This document shows positions 28,255-37,900 of a DNA stretch of 64,000 nt, piece by piece. The position numbers and the translations under genes were made by a program. The stretch is from an uncultured Bacteriovoracaceae bacterium. GTDB lineage: Bacteria; Bdellovibrionota; Bacteriovoracia; Bacteriovoracales; Bacteriovoracaceae. Below the pieces are notes generated by a model. It did no database searches, was not told where the DNA came from, and saw only the letters and a list, made by a program, of their open reading frames with translations. Every line of letters begins with the position of its first letter. Position 1 is the first letter of the stretch. The stretch spans positions 78,325-142,324 of the forward strand of contig CAXGUD010000005.1 of assembly GCA_964012805.1 (NCBI GenBank), read 5' to 3'.

Positions 28255-29177
28255 AAAAGTCACATTGTAATGACATTGTCATTCCGGAAAGTCTTCGAAA
28301 AGAGTATCCATTTAGATCACACTTTCACTCTATAAAAATTAAAGGTCAGGACCTTCTCCAAATGCACTTTGTTGATGAGGGGCCAAAAAAGACTGACCCT
28401 ATTTTAATGATCCATGGAAATCCTACTTGGTCTTTTACTTACAGGAACCTCATAAAAAGCCTAAAGGAATCAAACCGTACAATTGCAGTTGATCATATTG
28501 GCTGTGGGCTTTCGGATAAGCCTCAAAACTACTCCTATCAATTACAAAACCATATTGAAAATCTTGAAAGCTTGGTAAACACCCTTAAACTTACCAATAT
28601 AACTCTTATTGTCCATGACTGGGGTGGAGCTATAGGCTTCGGACTTGCAACTAAAAATCCTCATCTTATCAAACGGGTTGTTATCCTTAATACTGCAGCT
28701 TTTGAAAGTAACCAAATTCCTCGAAGGATAAATTTTTGCAGGTTGCCTTTCATAGGTGAGAAACTAGTACGTCATTTTAATGCTTTTGCATGGCCCGCTA
28801 CTTTTATGGGTGTTACTCATAAACTACCAAAAGTTGTAAAACAAGGGTACCTCCTTCCCTATAACAATTATAAAAATAGAATTGCAACATCACGCTTTGT
28901 TCAAGATATTCCATTAGAGAAAAACCATCCTACTTTTAAAACTATCAAAAATATTGAAAAAAACCTTTTTCGAATAACATGCCCAAAATTAATATTATGG
29001 GGAGGAAAAGACTTTTGTTTTAACAACCATTTTTACGATCGATGGAAAGAAATTTACCCTACAGCAAAGACTCATTATTTTAAAAAAGCTGGTCACTTTG
29101 TTATAGAAGATGAAAAAGAAGAGGTTCTCTGCCAAATAAAAGCGTTCCTAAATAGTAACAGGCCAAATAGTTTTTAA
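28248..29177 (+). CDS. oleB: OleB beta-lactone decarboxylase (haloalkane dehalogenase-like alpha/beta hydrolase)
   Basis: HGNPTWS, DHIGCGLSDKP, VHDWGG (Asp nucleophile) and AGHFVIED motifs. Start taken as ATG 28248, overlapping the oleA end. Confidence 0.88.
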   Translation: MVEKSHCNDIVIPESLRKEYPFRSHFHSIKIKGQDLLQMHFVDEGPKKTDPILMIHGNPTWSFTYRNLIKSLKESNRTIAVDHIGCGLSDKPQNYSYQLQNHIENLESLVNTLKLTNITLIVHDWGGAIGFGLATKNPHLIKRVVILNTAAFESNQIPRRINFCRLPFIGEKLVRHFNAFAWPATFMGVTHKLPKVVKQGYLLPYNNYKNRIATSRFVQDIPLEKNHPTFKTIKNIEKNLFRITCPKLILWGGKDFCFNNHFYDRWKEIYPTAKTHYFKKAGHFVIEDEKEEVLCQIKAFLNSNRPNSF

Positions 29178-29240
29178 CCAATCCTCTGGATGACACAAAA
29201 AAATTATTATCAATAATTTAATAAAAGGACCTATAGATCT

Positions 29241-30932
29241 ATGAATATTGCTTTTAAACTTAGAGAGCAAGCTGAACTAAGACCAAGCAAAAAAGCCGTT
29301 CTCTTCCCTAAAAAAAGAAACTCATCCAATAAAAAATACGAATATGAGTCCCTCACCTTTAAGGAACTTGAAGACCTGTCCAATTTATACGGCTTCATAC
29401 TCCAAAAAGAGGGCATTACCAAAAACACTAAAGTTCTTCTTTTCTTAAGACCCTCTTTGGACTTTACAGCACTTACTTTTGCTCTTTTTAAGATTGGTGC
29501 TACTCCGATATTAATAGACCCCGGTATGGGAAAAAAGAACCTCATTCACTCCATATCTAAAGTAAAACCTCATGCATTAATCGCGGTTCAAGAAGTTCAC
29601 TTTATTAAGCAATTTTTTCCTGACTCTTTTAAAAGTTGTCAAATATTTATTAGTTCAGGAAACTTACAACTTCCCCAAACAAAAACCCTCAAAAAGCTAA
29701 AAGAAAGATGGGTTGATGACTTTCTTAAAGAACCCTTTTTTAAAATTGAAGACAGACACCCAGAAGACAGGGCCGCTATTTTATTTACTTCTGGAGGAAC
29801 TGGTATTCCTAAAGGAGTTGTATATACATACAGAATTTTTTCATCACAACTCAAAATGCTCCAAGGCATGTTTAACCTCAATCATAAAGAAGTCGATATA
29901 CCTGGATTTCCATTATTTTCTCTTTTTACTATTGGGATTGGAATGACAAGCTGTATTCCTGACATGAATCCATCAAAGCCTTCCCAGTGTGACCCTGAAA
30001 AACTAGTTCAAAATATTCAAGACAACCAAGCCACTTTTGTTGCTGGTTCACCTGCCATATGGGAGCGAGTTGCTGATTACTGCCTGGTCCATAAAAAAAC
30101 TCTTCCTTCCATAAAGTTTTTAGTGATGTTTGGAGCCCCTGTTTCCATCGACCTTCATGAAAAATTTGAAAAAACGCTACTTAACGGAACAACTTACACG
30201 CCCTACGGAGCAACAGAGTCGCTTCCTCTATGTCAATTCTCAGGAAAGGAAATTCTAAAAGAGACTGCTTCCCTTTCAAGAAAAGGAAATGGAACTTGCG
30301 TGGGGTTGCCGGTTAAAGGTGTCGACTTAAAAATAATACCTATTACAGAAAAAGAAATACCTTCCCTTGATCAAACAACTATATTGCCCCCTTTCAAAAT
30401 TGGAGAAGTCATCGTATCTGGTGATATTGTAACTGCTGAATACTATCAAATGGAAGAGCAAACAAAAAAAGCCAAAATTATGGATGAAAAGGGAAAGCTC
30501 TGGCACAGAATGGGAGATGTTGGCTACTTAGATCAAGATGGAAAACTATGGTTTTGCGGAAGAAAAACTCACAGAGTCCATGTCGATACTACTCAAAATG
30601 ATGGACAACAGAAAAAAGAACTTTATTCTATTCCTTGCGAGGCCGTCTTTAACGAGCACCCAGAAGTTAAAAGAACCGCCCTAATTCAGACAAGTGAAAA
30701 GGGTCTAAATACAGCGTCAATTGTTATTGAAAGAAGAGATAAAAAAAGCTTAAGAGGTAAAGAGAAGCATCGCTTTGAAAAAGAAATTCTCCTTATAGCA
30801 AAAAATTTTGAACATACTTCTTCAATTAAGAAAGTTTATTACCATAATAACTTTCCTGTAGACGTCAGACACAATATCAAAATAGACCGCATTAAACTTC
30901 GAGAAGTTTCCTCAAAAAAGGCTTTTATATGA
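29241..30932 (+). CDS. oleC: OleC beta-lactone synthetase (ANL adenylating family)
   Basis: IDPGMG, FTSGGTGIPKG, TPYGATE, HRMGDVG and PVDVRHNIKIDR motifs. Confidence 0.9.
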   Translation: MNIAFKLREQAELRPSKKAVLFPKKRNSSNKKYEYESLTFKELEDLSNLYGFILQKEGITKNTKVLLFLRPSLDFTALTFALFKIGATPILIDPGMGKKNLIHSISKVKPHALIAVQEVHFIKQFFPDSFKSCQIFISSGNLQLPQTKTLKKLKERWVDDFLKEPFFKIEDRHPEDRAAILFTSGGTGIPKGVVYTYRIFSSQLKMLQGMFNLNHKEVDIPGFPLFSLFTIGIGMTSCIPDMNPSKPSQCDPEKLVQNIQDNQATFVAGSPAIWERVADYCLVHKKTLPSIKFLVMFGAPVSIDLHEKFEKTLLNGTTYTPYGATESLPLCQFSGKEILKETASLSRKGNGTCVGLPVKGVDLKIIPITEKEIPSLDQTTILPPFKIGEVIVSGDIVTAEYYQMEEQTKKAKIMDEKGKLWHRMGDVGYLDQDGKLWFCGRKTHRVHVDTTQNDGQQKKELYSIPCEAVFNEHPEVKRTALIQTSEKGLNTASIVIERRDKKSLRGKEKHRFEKEILLIAKNFEHTSSIKKVYYHNNFPVDVRHNIKIDRIKLREVSSKKAFI

Positions 30933-31915
30933 ATATTCTCGTTACTGGTGGGGGGGGCTTTCTTGGAAAGTCTATCATCAATTTACTTATTGATAAAAAA
31001 TATAAAGTTACGAATTTTTCTAGATCTCGTTATCAAGAACTTGAAAAAAAAGGAGTCATATGCCTCCAAGGGGATATAAAAAACTCCCAGGATGTATTAA
31101 AGGCTTTTGAGGGACAAGATGCTGTTATTCACGTGGCTTCTAAAGTTGGCATGTGGGGTAAATGGAGTGACTTTTACGATACAAACGTAACTGGGACAGA
31201 AAACGTCATTAATGCATGTTTAAAGCATCAAATCAAGAAGCTTGTTTACACAAGTTCGCCTAGCGTAGTATTTGGGAAAGATAATCTACAAAATGCAGAT
31301 GAATCGACTCCCTATCCAGACAAATACTTTGGGCTTTATGCTCACTCCAAAGCCATCGCAGAAAAAAAAGTTTTGGAGTCAAACAACTCTCCAAAACTTT
31401 TAACAACCTCCCTAAGACCTCACCTTATTTTTGGTGAAAAAGACCCTAACTTAATCCCAAGGCTTGTAAAAGCTGCAAGGGAGGGAAAGTTGAAGCAAGT
31501 AGGCTCTGGACAAAACCTAGTTGACGTTATCTACGTCGAAAATGCTGCTTATGCTCATATATTGGCCCTTGAGAAGCTTTCTACTTCTTCACCTATTTGC
31601 GGCAAAGCTTACTTTCTTGGCCAAGAGGCCCCTGTAAACCTATGGCAATTTATTAACAAAATCCTTAATATTCATGGCCTCCCGCCAATAAAAAAAACAA
31701 TTTCTTTTAAAAAAGCCTACTTCCTTGGTGCTTTTATTGAAAAAACACTAGGCTTACTGAGGAAATACTCTGTTGACCCACCGATGACAAGATTTGTAGC
31801 ACTTCAACTAGGTAAGTCTCATTACTTTTCTCACAAGAATGCCTTTATGGAGTTGGGTTACAAGCCCCTACTTTCAACAGACAAGGCCCTTGAACGCCTG
31901 AGTACAACTCAATAA
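30929..31915 (+). CDS. oleD: OleD 2-alkyl-3-oxoalkanoate reductase (3-beta-HSD-like SDR)
   Basis: TGGGGFLG, YTSSPSVV, YAHSK (YxxxK) and LRPHLIFG motifs. ATGA overlap with oleC. Confidence 0.9.
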   Translation: MNILVTGGGGFLGKSIINLLIDKKYKVTNFSRSRYQELEKKGVICLQGDIKNSQDVLKAFEGQDAVIHVASKVGMWGKWSDFYDTNVTGTENVINACLKHQIKKLVYTSSPSVVFGKDNLQNADESTPYPDKYFGLYAHSKAIAEKKVLESNNSPKLLTTSLRPHLIFGEKDPNLIPRLVKAAREGKLKQVGSGQNLVDVIYVENAAYAHILALEKLSTSSPICGKAYFLGQEAPVNLWQFINKILNIHGLPPIKKTISFKKAYFLGAFIEKTLGLLRKYSVDPPMTRFVALQLGKSHYFSHKNAFMELGYKPLLSTDKALERLSTTQ

Positions 31916-31947
31916 TTCAAAGGTTAAAGTTTTTTTTAAGGACTAAT

Positions 31948-32079
31948 TTATTGTGGATTATCATTAGATATAAAAAGCTTTTTATAGAGCCTTTCAACTT
32001 CTTCCCAGTCATGTTCTATAGTGGCCCTTGCGATCGCTTCCAAAATTTCGTCTTTTGAAATTTCTTCATGCCCTACCAT
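31948..32079 (-). CDS. Small hypothetical protein (43 aa), not in the ORF track
   Basis: GGAGG-AATAG-ATG, then MVGHEEISKDEILEAIARATIEHDWEEVERLYKKLFISNDNPQ*. Confidence 0.65.
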   Translation of the reverse strand: MVGHEEISKDEILEAIARATIEHDWEEVERLYKKLFISNDNPQ

Positions 32080-32202
32080 CTATTCCTCCAAATACCTACT
32101 TAATTGTCACTTAGAGAAGGTATTATTTGAAAAGTCAGATCTTAAATTTTGCAATTCTTATATGATATTAATCAACTTCTATTTATATAAATGTAAAAGC
32201 TC

Positions 32203-32589
32203 TTAGACCATTTCTTTCATTTCAAGAACATCTTTCACATCAGATACAAGCTCTTTCACACTGAAAGGCTTGGAATACATTTTTTCTACTCCCAACCGAA
32301 CTGTTTCTCCATCTTGAAGTCTATAAAAACCTGACATGAAAAAAAATAGTGGGGCATTATCTCCCATTTTCTCTATATGATCCAAAATTTCAAAGCCGCT
32401 TCCCCCTTCCATCTTGTAATCAGAAATAACGGCATTATATTTTGCAGACTCTATTTTCTTTATGGCGTCAGCACTTGATTTCGCTACTTCAGCTTCCATC
32501 CCACCTTCACGAAACTCGTCACTCACTATGTCTAAAATTTCCGGCTCATCATCTACAATCAAGACTTTAAATTTTTTATCCGTTACCAT
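32203..32589 (-). CDS. Single-domain response regulator receiver
   Basis: LIVDDE, ISDYKM (phospho-Asp), MSG and KPF motifs. Confidence 0.9.
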   Translation of the reverse strand: MVTDKKFKVLIVDDEPEILDIVSDEFREGGMEAEVAKSSADAIKKIESAKYNAVISDYKMEGGSGFEILDHIEKMGDNAPLFFFMSGFYRLQDGETVRLGVEKMYSKPFSVKELVSDVKDVLEMKEMV

Positions 32590-32788
32590 CAGACTTCTCC
32601 CCCTCAGAACTCAAGAAAGAACAAAATTTCATCTTCTATTATAAAGAATAAACAATTAATTGCACTTTTTTTCTCTATGTCAAAAGTTTTCTTGATTAGA
32701 ATGCTGCGTGTAATTTTTGAAATGTGTCCCCTATTGTGGTACCTCTTAAACTCTAAATTTAAATAGTACTATTTTTTAGGGAAGTTGA

Positions 32789-33583
32789 ATGATCGAGAAT
32801 ATACTAGGAACATTTAGAACTGCGCTTTGCATGATTCTGACATTTTTTATAGCACTTTTTGCATCTATTTCTGGTTTATTCATTGGCGGCCAAAGAGCTT
32901 GGGAGTTCTGGAGAGAAGCTTGGGGAAAAACAATTCTCTTCTTTTTAGGCGTTAAAATGAAAATTAATGGCATGGAAAACCTTAAGGGTCCTGCCGTTTT
33001 CATAATGAATCATGAAAGTGTAATAGACATTTTTACCATTGCTGCCATTACTCCCAAAAAAACCACATTTGTATCAAAAAAAGAGGTAGCTCGTTTTCCT
33101 TTTGTTGGAATAATAATGCGAATGGGAGGCTGCATATTTATAGACCGCTCCAATACGAGGTCTGCTATTGAAAGTATCAAAGAGGGTGTTGAAGAAAGAA
33201 GAGAAAATTATTCAATTATTGTCTTTCCAGAAGGAACACGCTCTAACGCAGAGCAAGGACTTAAACCTTTTAAGAAAGGCTGCATGCATATTGCAATGGC
33301 GGCTGGTATTCCAATTGTCCCTATAGGCCAAAGTGGAGCAAGAACTCTTGCCAGCGGAAAAAGCCTCGTTATAAAAAAAGGTAGTCCTATTTATTTTGAA
33401 ATAGGAGAACCTATTTCTACAGATATGTGGAACTTGGAAAATACGGAAAAACAAATGGAGCTTTTACAAGAGGAAGTAAAAAACCTTATTGCCAAAGCTA
33501 AAACGAAAAGAGAAAAAGCATTAAAAGACCGAGGCAATGAAGATCATTTTAAAAACGATAACTTTTCAACTAAAGCACTTTAA
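32789..33583 (+). CDS. plsC: 1-acyl-sn-glycerol-3-phosphate acyltransferase
   Basis: NHESVID, FIDR, FPEGTRS and IVPI motifs. Confidence 0.88.
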   Translation: MIENILGTFRTALCMILTFFIALFASISGLFIGGQRAWEFWREAWGKTILFFLGVKMKINGMENLKGPAVFIMNHESVIDIFTIAAITPKKTTFVSKKEVARFPFVGIIMRMGGCIFIDRSNTRSAIESIKEGVEERRENYSIIVFPEGTRSNAEQGLKPFKKGCMHIAMAAGIPIVPIGQSGARTLASGKSLVIKKGSPIYFEIGEPISTDMWNLENTEKQMELLQEEVKNLIAKAKTKREKALKDRGNEDHFKNDNFSTKAL

Positions 33584-33621
33584 AAATCGAGATAAAACTT
33601 CAAATAAAAGAGGAGTCTAAT

Positions 33622-34293
33622 ATGGATAACCTTATTTTAATAAGACACGGTCAGAGTCGTTGGAACCTTGAGAATCGTTTCACCGGATGGGTCGACGTTG
33701 ATTTATCTGAAAATGGAATTTTGGAAGCAAAAGAAGCTGCGAAAGTTTTAAAAGAGAATGCTATAGAAATTGACTACGTCTATACTTCGGTACTTAAGAG
33801 AAGTATTCAAACCGCAGAACTAATACTTGATACATTAGAGAAAAATGAACTTTCATTAACAAAAAGTTGGCAACTGAATGAAAGGCATTATGGAGCGCTA
33901 CAAGGGAAAAATAAAAAAGAAACAGCTGAGCTTCATGGAGCCGAGCAAGTAAAAATATGGAGGAGATCCTTTTCTACAAAACCTCCACAATTGAATGAAG
34001 AAGACATTCAAATACCTGAAAGCTGGGGAGAAAACATTCCAAAGGTACTTGGTGAAAGTTTGGAAGATACCTGTAAAAGAGTTGTCCCTTTTTGGAAAGA
34101 CAGTATTTTAAAAGACATTAGAAGGGGTAAGAAAATACTGATAAGCGCTCATGGAAATAGCCTTAGGGCCCTCTTAAAGCACCTTTTTTCAATTTCTGAA
34201 GAGAAGATCTTAGAATTAGAAATTCCCACAGGAAAACCAATTCTTTGTAAAATTAATGAAGAAGGTCTAGGTGTTGAATATTCATATATTTAG
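33622..34293 (+). CDS. gpmA: 2,3-BPG-dependent phosphoglycerate mutase
   Basis: LIRHGQS, NRFTGW, LNERHYG and AHGNSLR motifs. Confidence 0.96.
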   Translation: MDNLILIRHGQSRWNLENRFTGWVDVDLSENGILEAKEAAKVLKENAIEIDYVYTSVLKRSIQTAELILDTLEKNELSLTKSWQLNERHYGALQGKNKKETAELHGAEQVKIWRRSFSTKPPQLNEEDIQIPESWGENIPKVLGESLEDTCKRVVPFWKDSILKDIRRGKKILISAHGNSLRALLKHLFSISEEKILELEIPTGKPILCKINEEGLGVEYSYI

Positions 34294-34320
34294 TAATCGT
34301 GATGAAACTGGGATCATATT

Positions 34321-34944
34321 ATGTCATTAACTATGCCAATACTTGAGGAACTTCAACTTTATTCTATCAATAAATGCCCTTTTGAAAGCTTCGAAAAATG
34401 GTTTGAAGAAGCATTGACCAAAGAAGAAAACCCTTCAGCATTCTCCTTAGCAACCGCAACAAATAATGCAGTTCCCTCAGTTAGGTTCCTCCTCTTTAAA
34501 GGGTTACAAAATTATAAGTTTAACTTTTTTACCAACAAGACAAGCCCCAAGTCACAAGACTTGTCTAAAAACCCCTATGCCGCAATGGCTTTTTACTGGC
34601 ACAAGACTGGACGCCAAGTTCGCATCTCTGGAAAAGTTGAGGAGATGAATAGAGAAATGGTTGAAGATTACTGTTCCAAAAGACCAAGATTAAGCCAAGT
34701 CGCAACTTATGTTTCTAAACAAGGTCAAAAACTTAAAAGTAAAAACGAGCTTATAGAAAGCTTCAACCAGTGCTTAGAATCATTTGAAGGTAAAAACATT
34801 CCTACACCAAACCATTGGACAGGGTACTCAGTAATACCACATGAGATAGAGTTTTTTATTTATGGAGAACATCGGCTAAATGATAGATTTCTATTTGAAA
34901 AAAAAGAATCGGAATCGTGGGAAATATCCAGACTAGCACCATAA
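34321..34944 (+). CDS. pdxH: Pyridoxamine 5'-phosphate oxidase
   Basis: LAT, PSVRFLLFKG, FFTN..SPK, RQVRISG, SKQ and EFF...RLNDR...SRLAP motifs. Confidence 0.9.
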   Translation: MSLTMPILEELQLYSINKCPFESFEKWFEEALTKEENPSAFSLATATNNAVPSVRFLLFKGLQNYKFNFFTNKTSPKSQDLSKNPYAAMAFYWHKTGRQVRISGKVEEMNREMVEDYCSKRPRLSQVATYVSKQGQKLKSKNELIESFNQCLESFEGKNIPTPNHWTGYSVIPHEIEFFIYGEHRLNDRFLFEKKESESWEISRLAP

Positions 34945-34956
34945 TATAAATTAAAT

Positions 34957-37900
34957 CTAGAGCGGCTTCACCTTAGCATTGGAACTAAAGGTTAAGCAAA
35001 AAGATGTTCCCTCATTCATGGTCGTCTCAATATTTAAATCTGCTCCTAATAAATTTAATGATTTTTGCACAACATCCATCCCGATACCTCTTCCTGAAAT
35101 CTCAGTTACATTTTCTTTTGTACTAACGCTTGGAAGAAAAATGAGATTAATCTTTTCTTTCGTACTCATTACTTCTATTTTATCTTTTTCAACAAGACCT
35201 AACTTTACACCTTTTTCAGTAAGCTTATTGATGTCTATACCGACTCCATCATCTTTAATCGTAATCGAAATATTATCACCATCTAATTGTTGGCATAAGA
35301 TCTCTATAAGACCTACTTCATTTTTTCCTTTGATTAATCTATCATTCGGTTTTTCAATCCCATGATCTACAGCATTTCTAATAAGGTGGACGATAGCTTC
35401 CTGTAAAATGTTTAAAGAATCTCTATCTAAAGAACATTCTTCACCGACTAAAGAAAACTTAATTTTTTTTCCTAAGTTTTCAGAAATTTCTTTAATAACT
35501 TTCTGGTATCGAAATAAAGAAAATTTGACTGGAAGATAAAGTAATTTATCAAACATTTCATTTAATATATTTTCTTCATTTTTAATAGAAGGGATACTTA
35601 TAATCGTTTTTTTTACGTAATCATAATTTTCTACTAATATTTCATGTACTTTCGGTTTAAGATCTGAGGCATTATAATCTTCTATATCTATATAGTTTTT
35701 AAATAGCTTCAGAAGATCAATATTTTTAGAATAAAAATGCCAAGAGAAATCTTTTTTCAACATGAATTCTTTCAGATTATTTACAAAAGAATAATTTCCT
35801 AATGAAAAAAGCCTTTCAATTTTATCAAATGCTTCAAGAAGGTCGAAACGAAATAATTCATAATAAATTTCATTAATAAAGTTTTTAAATTCTTGGTCAC
35901 CAAAAATTAAATTTATCACAGACTTAATATCTATTTTCAAAGTTTTAGATATAATACCAAACAAGTCATTTCTATCTAATCCATTTTTTTCCAAAATATT
36001 AAGTGTTTGCCATATAAAAGTCTTTTCAAATCTCGAAACATTAGGATCTATAGGTTCGTTATTTAAAAATGATTCAATAAAAAAGACCCTCTTCCCAGGT
36101 GAAATATTTTTATAAAGGTCAAGCTGAAATAGAATAATAATAAATTTCCAGATCTCATTAAGAGTAAAAATAATCTTTTGATGCTTTAATTCGTTATCTA
36201 AAGTTTTCGATTCTATCAAATCATAGAGATATCTAAATAAAGCAGGAAAAAAATCTAATTTAATACTTAAGGTATTTGAGTGAATATGGTAAACATTTTG
36301 AATAATATCATTGCTATTAATATAACTTTTATTAATTAACTTTTCTGAAATAATTGTGATATCCTTAATTAAGATAGACCAGAAATCAGTATTTAATTCT
36401 AAATTGTGAAATTGCGATGACTTTACAAAAATATTTTTACATATTTTTCTTATTTCACCTATGGGGTCAATAAAATATTCTTGATATTGTTCCTTAGAAT
36501 AATCTTCATTATCTTTAAAGTAAGAAATACCACTTTCTAAATGGTGAATTTTCTGAGATAGCTCCTTTTCATCAATTCCTCTTGCAAGACCTTTCATTGA
36601 ATGGCTTATATTTTCGATTTCTTCTATAATTTCAGTTCGATCGCTATTATTTTTAATAGAATCAATAGTTTCGATCTGAAAATCATCATAGTTTCCTATA
36701 TTTGAGTTTTCCCGTTTTGATAACTTAGAAACCAAATACTCAAGACTTTTTAGTAATTCGTGCAACTGGGATTTAAATTTGAGATCTTCTTTAAACTCTA
36801 AAGAAAAGACTTCTTTGGCGGAATTAATATATTGGCTAACTTGACCTTGAAGAGCATACAGTTCCTGAACTAAAGAATTTGTTCCTTCATAATCATGATT
36901 CTTTTTATAACCTAGGTTTTCATTATAATTATCAGTAATAAATTTAGAAAGAATCGTTTCAATTTGATGAGCACTAGACGAAATATAACTTAAACCATAA
37001 ACTCTAGCATTACCCTTAATTGTGTGGAGTTGCCTAAACAAAATAGGCAAATCTGAAACTTTTTCTGAGCTTTCGACCTGACTTCTAATTTTTTTGGCAA
37101 TAAATATCGAGTCCATGGTCATTTTATTTGTGGTACTAAAGAATTCACTTAAATCTTCTTTTTTATTTAAAGCAAGTTCCTGAAGGATTTGGATATTTTT
37201 CATCGAATTTTTTCTCTGCTCTTCAACCTCTTTTTCAAGTTTTTCAATTTCAGTTATATCTTCAACGACAAACATTATACTTTGAATTAAATTAGATTTA
37301 TCAAACAAAGGATTATAAGCTATTTTTAGTATTTTTTGATGCTCTAGTGTTTCTGAATTATAAATGACTCGGTTTGGAAAGTGGTCCTTAACCATTTCCC
37401 ACTGTAGATCATCAGATCCAAATAATATGCTTAGAGAAAATTTGATCGTAGAATAAACTTCTGAGTCTTTGTCAATACCAATAAACACATTATTAAATAA
37501 ATCATCTCCAACTATATCGTTACCAAAAATGATTTCTGAATATTTAGAAACAGGTTTTTGAACTATACCTTCATTCGATATTGTAAACACGGCTTGTCTC
37601 ATATTATCTAAAAGATTTGAAATATCATCTAGGGCCATCGAAAGTTCTTTCGTTCTTTCTTTTACTTCATCCTCTAAATTAATATTTGCATCTTCAAGTA
37701 GCTTATTGGCCTTTAGATTTTCTTCTAGAAGACTATTAATAATATCAGCAAGACCTAAGGAAAGAAGAATAACTTCAAAAACACCTCCTATTTGAAAAGC
37801 ATTTAAAAAAATAAACCAAGGAGGCAAAAATCCATTCATTTGTCCTATTTGAAGGATCCCTCCTCCAGTTATAAAAATAAATGCCAAAAGATAATACTTA

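Noticed and set aside
32021..32206. 61-aa plus-strand ORF
   Set aside because: No SD and no recognisable motif. It is antisense to the better-supported 43-aa minus-strand ORF.
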